This document shows, one piece after another, positions 12,518 to 20,212 of a stretch of 24,000 nucleotides of DNA (position 1 is the stretch's first letter; every line of letters begins with the position of its first letter). A model generated the notes under the pieces. It had not been told where the DNA came from, made no database searches, and worked only from the letters and a program-made list of their open reading frames with translations. Location: assembly GCA_920888515.1 (NCBI GenBank), contig CAKKTM010000260.1:3837-27836 (forward strand). The letters run 5' to 3'. This DNA is from Frankia sp. CiP1_Cm_nod1. GTDB lineage: Bacteria; Actinomycetota; Actinomycetes; Frankiales; Frankiaceae. The translations under genes and the position numbers were made by a program.

Positions 12518-13993
12518 TCACGATGCCGGCTGGGGCGCGGCTTCCGCCTCGGCCGTCCGCGGCCGGGGTGGCTCCCCCACCGACCAGCCCGGCCGTTCGG
12601 ACGGCGCCCAGCCGTCGTAACGGAATCCGCCGAACCGGGTTTCCCAGCGAATGGCGAGCTCCGTCGGGATCTCGCCCGCGACCTCCCGCAGGATGCCGCG
12701 GCGGTCCGCACCGGGGGCGGCCAGCGCCCGGACCAGGCCACGCACCATCCTTGACGGCCCGATCACGTGCTCGACCTTCCGCGTCCGGTTGAAGGTGTCG
12801 CTGAAGTCCGGCCGGCCCTCGCCCCTGTCCCCGAACGTCCGCAGAACCTCGCGGATCAGCGCGGAGGGAGCATCCGGACGGGACTCCCGGTTACCCCAGT
12901 GATAGCTGCTGCGTGTGTCGTCGTCCCGGTTCTTCTCCCACGCACGGAGAGCTCTGTCGAGCGCAGCCTGATCGTCGAGGACGGCGTTGGCCGCCTCGCC
13001 GAGAAGCCGCCCGTGACGCAGGGCGTCACGCTGTCCCTGACCTGCGACAGGATCCTTGAAATGCCCGGAGTCACCCGCCAGCGCCCACCCGGGTCCGCTT
13101 GACCGCCGGTAGTAGGAGGCCAGTTTTCTGGTCGACCGGAGCTGGCTTACGTTCTGGGCGCCGCTGATCCGCTCCGCGACCTCGGGCTCCTCGGCGACGG
13201 CCTCCTGCCAGAACCGTTCACCGCCCTGCTGGAAACGGGGAATGTCGTCCGCCGGGGCCATGAACACCACGAGCAGGCGTCCGCGTGGGCTTGACGGCAG
13301 AGTCAGAACAATGCGCGGGCCACTGCGGTATATGCCGTAGATCTCGTGGTGGATCGTGTCCACCGCGGGGTCGTCCATGTAGCGGAAGGCGAATCCCCGC
13401 CCGTTCTTCGACCCCCGATAAGGTGTCCAGGCGCCGACGGCCGCCGCGGTCCTGGACTGCCTGCCGTCCGCACCGACCACGAGCCTGGCCCGGATTTCGT
13501 ACTTCCGCCCGTCGTGCCGGTAGCGCACACCGACGGCTCGACCGTTCTCCCAGAGCACGTCCTCGAACACGGATTTCTCACGTACGTCGGCACCGGCCTC
13601 GCGGCAGGCGGTGACCAGGCACACGTCCTGGTCGTACCGCGGAACGCAGACCCCGTAGTCGATCCCGTCCACCGTGGCGAAACGCTCACGTAAACGAATA
13701 TCGCCGACCGTGACACCCAGATAACGGGCCTGCGCGGGGCCGAGCTTCAGAATGTGCGGCAGCGCGCCCATGCGTTGCAGTTCCGACACCCCGCTGGGTA
13801 CCAGGACGTGCGTCGACAGCTGATCCGACGGGAAACTCGTCCTGTCCAGCAGGATCACTTTTCGCCCGGCCCGCGCAAGCGGCACCGCCGTGGCCGTACC
13901 GGCAAGTCGCGCGCCAACAATGACGACATCGGCATCTTCAGCACCCGTCAGGGTCACAACGCCTCCCAAGGCATGCGCTACGCGTCCGACCAT
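12518..13993 (-). CDS. FAD-dependent oxidoreductase/monooxygenase (NAD(P)/FAD-binding, GG-reductase/aromatic hydroxylase-like)
   Basis: ATG at 13993. Dinucleotide-binding DADVVIVGARLAGTATAVPLARAGRKVILLDR, then LVVGADGRQSRTA, then GDSGHFKDPVAGQGQRDALRHG (GD..x.DP..G.G motif). 491 aa with a C-terminal extension. Confidence 0.85.
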   Translation of the reverse strand: MVGRVAHALGGVVTLTGAEDADVVIVGARLAGTATAVPLARAGRKVILLDRTSFPSDQLSTHVLVPSGVSELQRMGALPHILKLGPAQARYLGVTVGDIRLRERFATVDGIDYGVCVPRYDQDVCLVTACREAGADVREKSVFEDVLWENGRAVGVRYRHDGRKYEIRARLVVGADGRQSRTAAAVGAWTPYRGSKNGRGFAFRYMDDPAVDTIHHEIYGIYRSGPRIVLTLPSSPRGRLLVVFMAPADDIPRFQQGGERFWQEAVAEEPEVAERISGAQNVSQLRSTRKLASYYRRSSGPGWALAGDSGHFKDPVAGQGQRDALRHGRLLGEAANAVLDDQAALDRALRAWEKNRDDDTRSSYHWGNRESRPDAPSALIREVLRTFGDRGEGRPDFSDTFNRTRKVEHVIGPSRMVRGLVRALAAPGADRRGILREVAGEIPTELAIRWETRFGGFRYDGWAPSERPGWSVGEPPRPRTAEAEAAPQPAS

Positions 13994-14110
13994 AATCTTC
14001 CGTGCTCTGGCACGCTCCCCTCATAAGGGTCAACCTGGTGCCTCCATCGGGATAAAATCCCTCCGGAGAGGCCCGTTCACCCGCCCCGGGTGAATCTCGG
14101 TCGGTCACGC

Positions 14111-14201
14111 CCGGTCGACTGGCCGAGTCGACTCGCCCTGTCAACTCGGCCAGTCGATTCGGCCAGTCGATTCGGCTAGTCGATTCGGCTAGTCGATTCG
14201 G
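14111..14201. repeat. Non-coding 13-bp tandem array: 4 near-perfect copies plus about 3 degenerate copies
   Basis: CGGCCAGTCGATT (14147-14159, 14160-14172) and CGGCTAGTCGATT (14173-14185, 14186-14198) are preceded by degenerate units ggccgagtcgact and cgccctgtcaact. The unit length is not a multiple of 3. The last unit contains the stop codon (14191-14189) of the DUF3237-like gene. Confidence 0.9.
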
Positions 14202-14680
14202 AAGACACCGAACTCGATCGCGCCGTTGACAAGACGCCCACGGCCGACGAACACACGGCGCTGCAGCCAGGCGTATCGCTCGTCACCGGTCTCGAACCGA
14301 AGGGTGATACTCAGATACTGGTCGGTGTGGCTGGTCGTGCCACCGGTCTGTAACGCGGTCCCGACGGCCTCGTTCATCTCGACGAGGCCGGTGTACTGGA
14401 CGTAGATGGTCGCGTCGTCGTCGGTACGCCACAGGCCCCGCACGTCGATACGCCCGAAACCGTCCAGGCCGATGAGGACCCAGTCGCCGCCGCTGTCCGC
14501 CAGCACATCGGCGTTGATCCGCCTGCCTGTCACACGGCCGCCGGCGAAGCCGAAGAACAGCCGGGTTCCGAAGGGACCGGTTCCGACCGCCAGCGGCGGA
14601 CTGAGCTCGGCCCGATAGACGAACTCCTCGGCGACGGTCAGAGCAGCGTCCAGACCAGCATCGGTGGCGGTCTCGCTCAT
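14189..14680 (-). CDS. DUF3237-like (UPF0311) family protein
   Basis: 163 aa; ATG at 14680 with GAGGAG 5 nt upstream. GTGPFGTRLFFGFAGGRVTGRRINADVLADSGGDWVLIGLDGFGRIDVRGLWRTDDDATIYVQYTG fits the G.P.G.R....GG...G..l.G.vl.gG.Dw....DG....dvR....TdDGa.I pattern I associate with DUF3237 (family name from memory). Confidence 0.75.
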   Translation of the reverse strand: MSETATDAGLDAALTVAEEFVYRAELSPPLAVGTGPFGTRLFFGFAGGRVTGRRINADVLADSGGDWVLIGLDGFGRIDVRGLWRTDDDATIYVQYTGLVEMNEAVGTALQTGGTTSHTDQYLSITLRFETGDERYAWLQRRVFVGRGRLVNGAIEFGVFRID

Positions 14681-14904
14681 CGTTCTCCTCAGGGTTGTGA
14701 GTACTCGTGCGCGGACAGCGGACGTGGATGGTGTCTGCTGGCCTGGCCCACCGCTCGCGGGAGACGTTCCCGAGTTCGCTCGAGCGATCGCTCCCCAGGC
14801 CGGCGTCGACCCCCGCGACGGGAACCCCGTGGACGAGCGCCGTGCTCACGCGACACGGATGACCAGCGGATGACCATCCGATCGGATGGATCTCAGGTGG
14901 CGCC

Positions 14905-14975
14905 AGGCAACGCTTTGATCTATGTCACATTTTGTTGACAGAACGGTATGATGGTTGGACCAATCATGTCAACCG
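14905..14975 (-). promoter_or_regulatory. AT-rich putative promoter/operator upstream of the DUF3237-like gene
   Basis: This is the locally AT-richest stretch of the window. The minus strand reads GGTTGACATGATTGGTCCAACCATCATACCGTTCTGTCAAC: TTGACA, an 18-nt spacer, then TACCGT (TAnnnT type). TTGACA...TGTCAA inverted ends flank an imperfect palindrome TGATGGTTGGACCAATCA. Confidence 0.25.
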
Positions 14976-15098
14976 ATCCGCACAGCCCATGTCAGCCCAC
15001 CGCCAGCGGTGGGCAGCGGCGATCAGCGGGCAGCAACAGCAGGCCAGAAGCCGGAGGCCGGAGGCCGGACGTCATGGGCAGCGCCGCCGCGCCACCCG

Positions 15099-15965
15099 TC
15101 AGGCGTCGTCCCGCACCTGTCGGGTGGGCGCTTCCCCGGCCGGGCCGGCCTCCCGGGTGCGGGCCAGCCGGCGGTTGGTGAGCTCAAGCTGGGTCACTGT
15201 GTCGCGGCGCAGCGTCGTGGCCTGCCCGTCGGTGAGCCGGCCGCTGACCCGGTCCCAGTGCAGGGCGACCCACTCCCCCGGTCGCACGTCGGGGGCGAAG
15301 CTGACACCGCCGGTGACGAGCGCGGCCCGCAGCGGCCGGGGCCCGGACAGCCCGAGCCCGCCGTTCTCCCAGGTCAGGCCCGCGGAGCGCACCACGACAT
15401 GATCGCCGTCGCGTTCCGTCACCTGCCCCCAGCGAATCCGGCAGCTGTCCAGCACGTGCAGTGGCCAGGTGGGGTCCGGCGAGTCCAGCAGCCGGGACCA
15501 AGGGTAGACCCCGAAGACGTGGAAGCAGTGGTTCGGCGCGACCTCGTCAAGGATCTGCGGGGTGAGGTGCCGCCAGTACCACCCGGCCTGCGGACCGATC
15601 ACAGCCAGCAGCGCCGCGCCGAACTCGCGGGGGTCGACCGCCTCCGACACGCCGCCGCCGAGCCAGTACGCCTCGACCACCCGGCGGTCGAGCGGGTCGT
15701 CGATACCGGTGAGCCGGGCCAGGATCCGCAGGTACGGCCATGCTCCGTGGAAGCGGCGGGCCAACGCCCGCAGATCACCCCCTGTGGCACCAGCTCCGCC
15801 AGCTCCGGCGGAGTCGGTCGCACTCGCGGCACCCGTCGCACCGGCGGCACCGGCGGTCAGCAGGGCCCGCGGCGCGTCGGCCGGGCCGCAGTAGCCGAGC
15901 TCGTTCGGCGCGTAGGCGTAACGGGCGAACATCCGCGCGCCGTCCTCGTCACGGGGCGCGCTCAC
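15099..15965 (-). CDS. Conserved hydrogenase-cluster-associated protein (DUF6390-like; family name from memory)
   Basis: Only the C-terminal part of track ORF 15099..17162 is credible: MFARYAYAPNELGYCGPAD...FHGAWPYLRILARLTGIDDPLDRRVVEAYWLGG...NHCFHVFGVYPWSRLL...LDSCRIRWGQV...GEWVALHWDRVSGRLT. The start is either GTG 15965 (GTGA overlap with the hypD stop 15964-15962) or ATG 15932. Confidence 0.7.
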   Translation of the reverse strand: MSAPRDEDGARMFARYAYAPNELGYCGPADAPRALLTAGAAGATGAASATDSAGAGGAGATGGDLRALARRFHGAWPYLRILARLTGIDDPLDRRVVEAYWLGGGVSEAVDPREFGAALLAVIGPQAGWYWRHLTPQILDEVAPNHCFHVFGVYPWSRLLDSPDPTWPLHVLDSCRIRWGQVTERDGDHVVVRSAGLTWENGGLGLSGPRPLRAALVTGGVSFAPDVRPGEWVALHWDRVSGRLTDGQATTLRRDTVTQLELTNRRLARTREAGPAGEAPTRQVRDDA

Positions 15966-17062
15966 CGCAGGGCCATCCGTCCGAAGGTGTAGTAGGCCGC
16001 GCAGGCGCCCTCCGAGGAGACCATGCAGGTGCCGATCGGGGTCTGCGGCGTGCAGGCGGTGCCGAACACCTTGCACTCCCACGGCTTGAGGACGCCCTTG
16101 AGGACCTCCCCGCACTGGCACGCCTTCGGGTCGGCGACGCGGACGCCGGGCATGTCGAACCGCCGCTCGGCGTCGAACCGCGCGAAGCCGTCGGTCAGCC
16201 GCAGCGCGCTCTGCGCGATGAAGCCCAGCCCACGCCACTCGAAATGGGGCCGCAGCTCGAACACCCGCGCCATCAGCGCCAGCGCCTGGGGGTTGCCCTC
16301 CTCGCGCACCACCCGGCCGTACTGGTTCTCGACCTCGCAGCGCCCCTGCCGGATCTGCCGGAGCAGCATCGCGACCGCGGCGAGGATGTCCAGCGGCTCG
16401 AAGCCGGCCACCACGACCGGCCTGCCGTACGTCTCGGGGACGAAGCGGTACGGCCGGCTGCCCACCACGGTCGAGACGTGCCCCGGCCCGATGAAGCCCG
16501 ACAGCCGCAGGCCGGGCGAGCGCAGGATCGCCCGCAGCGGCGGAATGATCGTGACGTGGTTGCAGAACACGCTGAAGTTGGTCAGCCCCAGCTCCCGGGC
16601 CCGCAGCAGCGTCACCGCGGTGGACGGGGCGGTGGTCTCGAACCCGACCGCGAAGAACACGACGTGCCGGTCCGGGTTGTCCACGGCCACCCCGAGCGCG
16701 TCCAGCGGCGAGTACACGAAGCGGACGTCCGCCCCGCGCGCCCTGGCCTCCAGCAGGCTGCCGCGGCCACCGGGCACCCGCATCATGTCGCCGAACGAGG
16801 TGAGGATGACCCCCGGCTGCTCGGCCAGCCAGATGGCGTCGTCGACCCGTCCCATCGGGATGACGCACACCGGGCAGCCCGGCCCGTGCACCAGCTCCAC
16901 CGACTCGGGCAGCAGGTGCTGGATGCCGTGCCGGTAGATGGTGTGGGTGTGGCCGCCGCACACCTCCATGAACGCGTAGCTGTCCGTCCCGGCCAGCTCC
17001 GTGATGGCGGCCACCAGCGCACGCGCGGCCGCCGGATCGCGGAACTCGTCGACGAAACGCAT
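15962..17062 (-). CDS. hypD: [NiFe]-hydrogenase maturation protein HypD
   Basis: 366 aa. MRFVDEFRD, MEVCGGHTH, GPGCPVCV, FFAVGFETTAP, GPGHVS, and C-terminal CQCGEVLKG...PIGTCMVSSEGACAAYY. ATG at 17062 with GAGGAG upstream. Confidence 0.95.
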   Translation of the reverse strand: MRFVDEFRDPAAARALVAAITELAGTDSYAFMEVCGGHTHTIYRHGIQHLLPESVELVHGPGCPVCVIPMGRVDDAIWLAEQPGVILTSFGDMMRVPGGRGSLLEARARGADVRFVYSPLDALGVAVDNPDRHVVFFAVGFETTAPSTAVTLLRARELGLTNFSVFCNHVTIIPPLRAILRSPGLRLSGFIGPGHVSTVVGSRPYRFVPETYGRPVVVAGFEPLDILAAVAMLLRQIRQGRCEVENQYGRVVREEGNPQALALMARVFELRPHFEWRGLGFIAQSALRLTDGFARFDAERRFDMPGVRVADPKACQCGEVLKGVLKPWECKVFGTACTPQTPIGTCMVSSEGACAAYYTFGRMALR

Positions 17063-17179
17063 CGGATTCTCCTCGCGGTGACGGCTGACGGCTACGGCCG
17101 GCGAGCCGGAACGATCTGTACGGCAGCGGTGGAACCGGCCGCGGCAGGCGTGGCAGACGCAACGATCCCGGCAGATACG

Positions 17180-17310
17180 GCGGCCCAGGCGGACACGACG
17201 GCCCAGGCGGACACGGCGAGCAGGGCAGGCACGGCCGACACGACGGGCACAGCCGACGCGAGGAGCGTGGCCGACACGGCGAGCGCGGCCGACACGGTGA
17301 GCGCGGCGAG
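17180..17310. repeat. Degenerate 18-bp repeats in the 256-bp hypC-hypD spacer
   Basis: cggcccaggcggacacga (17180-17197) and cggcccaggcggacacgg (17198-17215) are followed by variants ggccgacacg(a/g)cg.gc.c.... Confidence 0.75.
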
Positions 17311-17318
17311 CGCGGCGG

Positions 17319-17591
17319 TCAGGGGATCGCGGACGAGCCGAACGCCTCGATCTCGTCCTGGTAGGCCGCGCCCAGCTTCTCCATCGCCTCGAGCGTGCGC
17401 GTCGCCTCGGCCTCGTCGATCACCGCCAGGGCGAACCCGACGTGCACCAGCACCCAGTCCCCGACCCGTGGGCCGTCCGCCGCGACCAGCCGGATGCTGA
17501 TCGTCCGCCGCACCCCGCTGACGTCGACCGTCGCGAGATGCCGCTCCGCGTCGACGATCTCGACAAGCCGCCCGGGAATCCCCAGACACAT
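17319..17591 (-). CDS. hypC: Hydrogenase assembly chaperone HypC/HybG/HupF family
   Basis: MCLGIPGRLVEIVDAERHLATVDVSGVRRTISIRLV...GDWVLVHVGFALAVIDEAEA. ATG at 17591 is preceded by GGAGG. The track ORF 17319..17741 over-extends the N-terminus. Confidence 0.9.
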   Translation of the reverse strand: MCLGIPGRLVEIVDAERHLATVDVSGVRRTISIRLVAADGPRVGDWVLVHVGFALAVIDEAEATRTLEAMEKLGAAYQDEIEAFGSSAIP

Positions 17592-17871
17592 CAACAGCCT
17601 CCTCACGCTACGACGCAGTGCCACCACCTGGCGACACCCCTCTGCCCACCCGCCCACACCTCTCATCACCCGGCGCGGCGGGTCGCGCCACGGCCTGGCG
17701 ACCACCTGCCCCACCCGCACACACCTCTCACCACACGTCACGTCTCACCCACACCGCCACAAGGCCCGACAAGCCACCACGAACATCGCCCGCGCTCCCC
17801 GCCCCCGGAACACAACCGCACCGCGCATCCGTCCCACCCCAACCAGCGATCTCACGGATCGGCACGCCCCA

Positions 17872-17921
17872 GGAATGAGTGTGGAAGTGGTCGCTACAAC
17901 AGCCACTTCCACACTCATTCC
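17872..17921 (-). terminator. Perfect 19-bp-stem hairpin (12-nt loop) about 100 nt downstream of hypE; candidate intrinsic terminator or RNA element
   Basis: GGAATGAGTGTGGAAGTGG (17872-17890) and CCACTTCCACACTCATTCC (17903-17921) are exact reverse complements. There is no U-tract on the minus-strand transcript, so terminator function is uncertain. Confidence 0.35.
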
Positions 17922-18017
17922 CATCATCGAAAAAGGACGGACCGACCGACAGGACACAGACGGCAACGGGCGGGCGGGACGGCGGGACGGCAGGACGGCA
18001 GGACGGCGGGGGCATGG

Positions 18018-19136
18018 TCAGCAGATGCGGGGCAGTGGGTCGCCGACCAGCATGTCCACGATCCGGGTGCCGCCCAGGGCGGTGCGCATCGCGACGATCC
18101 CGGCCGGCCCATCGGTGATCTCCCCGATGACCGCGGCCGACCGGCCCAGCGGATGCTCCCGCAGCGCGGCCAGCGCCGCCGGGGCCTGCTCGGGCGGCAC
18201 CACCGCGAGGAACCTGCCCTCGTTGGCGACGTGGAGCGGGTCGATGCCGAGCAGCTCGCAGGCGCCGCGCACGTCGGGGCGCACCGGCACGGAGCACTCG
18301 TCGAGCAGGACGCCGAGGCCGGTGTCCCGGGCCAGCTCGTTGCAGGCCGTCCCCACCCCGCCGCGGGTGGGGTCACGCAGCCAGCGTGCCGACGGCGCCG
18401 CCGCCAGCAGCTCCTCCACCAGCGCGTCGACCGCCGCCGTGTCGGAGCGGATGGCGGCGTCGATCGCCAGGTTGCCGCGGGCGAGCATGACCGCCATCCC
18501 GTGCTCGCCGATCGTGCCGGACACCAGCACCCGGTCCCCCGGCCGCACCCGCCGCGCGGACAGCTGCCGGCCGGGCGGGACGAGCCCCACCCCGGCGGTC
18601 GTGATGATCAGTCCGGCGGACGCGCCGGCGTCGACGACCTTGGTGTCCCCGGTCACCACCTCCACGCCCGCGGCCCGCGCCGCCTCGGCCATGTCCTCGG
18701 CGACGCGGCGCAGCTCGTCGACGGGGAAGCCCTCCTCGATCACGAATGCCGCGGACAGCCACAGCGGCCGTGCCCCCGTCATCGCCAGGTCGTTGACGGT
18801 GCCGTGCACCGCCAGGTCACCGATGGAGCCGCCGGGGAAGCGCAGCGGCCGGACCACGAAGGAGTCGGTGCTGAAGGCCAGCGACTCCCCCGACGGCAGC
18901 GGCAGGACCGCGCCGTCCCCAAGGACGTCGAGCGCGGGACTGCGGAAGACGTCGACGAAGACCGTCTCGATCAGCTCCGCCGACGCGCTCCCGCCGGCCC
19001 CGTGCGCCGAGGTCACCACCTCGCCGAGCGTCCGCGGCCGGCGCCGCCGGAACGTCCCGGCCCGCGCCGGCACCGCCTCCCCACGGTCCGTCTTCTCCAC
19101 CCGGCCCGTCCGCTCCGTCCGGTCCGCCACGCTCAT
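18018..19136 (-). CDS. hypE: [NiFe]-hydrogenase maturation protein HypE (carbamoyl dehydratase)
   Basis: PurM-like: LAFSTDSFVV.P..FPGGSIGDLAVHGTVNDLAMTGARP, VVTGDTKVV, GEHGMAVM, and the diagnostic C-terminus GDPLPRIC. I place the start at ATG 19136 (MSVADRTE...), which forms an ATGA overlap with the upstream stop (19135-19133). The track start 19259 reads through a 9-bp repeat. Confidence 0.93.
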   Translation of the reverse strand: MSVADRTERTGRVEKTDRGEAVPARAGTFRRRRPRTLGEVVTSAHGAGGSASAELIETVFVDVFRSPALDVLGDGAVLPLPSGESLAFSTDSFVVRPLRFPGGSIGDLAVHGTVNDLAMTGARPLWLSAAFVIEEGFPVDELRRVAEDMAEAARAAGVEVVTGDTKVVDAGASAGLIITTAGVGLVPPGRQLSARRVRPGDRVLVSGTIGEHGMAVMLARGNLAIDAAIRSDTAAVDALVEELLAAAPSARWLRDPTRGGVGTACNELARDTGLGVLLDECSVPVRPDVRGACELLGIDPLHVANEGRFLAVVPPEQAPAALAALREHPLGRSAAVIGEITDGPAGIVAMRTALGGTRIVDMLVGDPLPRIC

Positions 19137-20212
19137 CGGGTGCGCTCCCCCGCCGTCGGGTACGTCGGGTACGTCGGGTACGTCGGGTACCTCGGGTACG
19201 CCGGATACGTCGGGTACGCGGCCGGATGGTCCGTCATCCGTTGCTGTGTCGCGGCCCACAGGTGGTGGCCGAGCAGGGCGTGTGACTCCTGGATGCGGTG
19301 CACGCTCTGTGAGCGGACGACGAAGCAGCGGTCGACCACCCCGTCGGCGGCGAACCGTCCGCCGTCGTATCCGGCGAAGCCGACGGTGAGCGCTCCCCGA
19401 CGGCCGGCCTCGGCCAGCCCGGCCAGCAGGTTGGCCGAGCCGCCGCTGGTCGACAGCGCCACCGCGATGTCGTCCGGGCCGGCGTGCGCGATGAGCTGCC
19501 GGGCGAACACCCGCTCGAACCCGACGTCGTTGCCGAGCGCGGTGACCACCGCCTGGTCCGCGGCCAGCGACCAGGCCGGCAGCGGACGCCCGTGCGGCGG
19601 CCGGGAGAACAGCTCGGCCAGGGTCGCGGCGTCGGTCGCGCTACCGCCGTTACCGAAGGTGTACATACGTCCACCCCGGGCGAAACGCCGTGCCATCTCC
19701 GCCGCGGTGGCCGCGATCGACTCGGCGCATTCCCGCAGCGTCGTGCGCTGCAGCCGCACGCTCTCCCGGGCCTTCGCCCGCGCCGAACCGGCGAGTTCGG
19801 CCAGCAACGCACCCAGCGCGTCCCCCGGGCCACCGGCATGCCGCCCACCGGTATTCCGGCCGTCGTCCCTCCAGCTGTCGGCCTCTCGACTGCTGGCATC
19901 CCGGCCGTCGGCATCCCGGCCGTCGGCATCCCGGCCGTCGGCATCCCGGCCGTCGTCCCTCTCGCTGTCGGCCTCTCGACTGCTCGCACCTCGGCCGTCG
20001 GCGTCCCGACCGCGGGCGTCCCGGCCGCCAGCGTCCCGGTCGTCCTCCCGCTGGCCGCTCCCCTGGTGGTCGCCGTCTTCCTGGCCACCGTCGTGCCGGT
20101 CGTGGCCGGCCCGGTCAGCGCCGGCCCGGGGGCTGCTGTCCCGGTCGTCGCCGCTGTCCGCCTGGGGGTGGAGGAACGGGTACAGGAACGCGGTGTGCTC
20201 GGTGGCCATCAC
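19133..20212 (-). CDS. SIS-domain (GmhA/DiaA-like) hydrogenase-cluster accessory protein with a ~110-aa Asp/Arg/Gly-rich insertion and a C-terminal YPT repeat
   Basis: EHTAFLYPFL precedes the low-complexity region. The SIS core follows: RESVRLQRTTL...ARRFARGGRMYTFGNGGSATDAATLAELF...IAVALSTSGGSANLLAGLAEAGRRGALTVGFAGYDGG...VRSQSVHRIQESHALLGHHLW. The start is GTG 20212 or ATG 20209, both overlapping the upstream stop (20211-20209). Confidence 0.8.
   Translation of the reverse strand: MMATEHTAFLYPFLHPQADSGDDRDSSPRAGADRAGHDRHDGGQEDGDHQGSGQREDDRDAGGRDARGRDADGRGASSREADSERDDGRDADGRDADGRDADGRDASSREADSWRDDGRNTGGRHAGGPGDALGALLAELAGSARAKARESVRLQRTTLRECAESIAATAAEMARRFARGGRMYTFGNGGSATDAATLAELFSRPPHGRPLPAWSLAADQAVVTALGNDVGFERVFARQLIAHAGPDDIAVALSTSGGSANLLAGLAEAGRRGALTVGFAGYDGGRFAADGVVDRCFVVRSQSVHRIQESHALLGHHLWAATQQRMTDHPAAYPTYPAYPRYPTYPTYPTYPTAGERTR
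19155..19217. repeat. 9-bp tandem repeat x7 (gtcgggtac), in-frame (YPT/YPA repeats)
   Basis: Seven head-to-tail units at 19155-19217, four of them identical, at the 3' end of the SIS gene. Confidence 0.9.
19856..20040. repeat. 15-bp tandem repeat x4 (ggcatcccggccgtc, 19895-19954) nested in a ~90-bp duplication; encodes GRDAD repeats
   Basis: The flanks ccggccgtcgtccct..ctgtcggcctctcgactgct occur at 19856-19894 and again at 19946-19984. Further degenerate units run to about 20040. Confidence 0.9.

Noticed and set aside
14075-14093. Small hairpin ttcacccg-ccc-cgggtgaa (and GGGATTTTATCCC at about 14050-14062), considered as a terminator of the DUF3237-like gene.
   Set aside because: The stems are short (8 bp and 5 bp) with no U-tract. 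This is not distinguishable from chance palindromes in this window.
14147-14198. Tandem arrays (here, and at 2707-2836 and 19155-19217) considered as CRISPR.
   Set aside because: The units abut directly with no unique spacers and are far shorter than CRISPR repeats. Most are in-frame inside genes, and no cas genes are present.
15099-17162. The 687-aa minus-strand ORF taken as a single gene.
   Set aside because: Its N-terminal ~400 aa overlap hypD in another frame and are Arg/Gly/Pro junk. Only the C-terminal ~277-288 aa (from ATG 15932 or GTG 15965) look like a real conserved protein.
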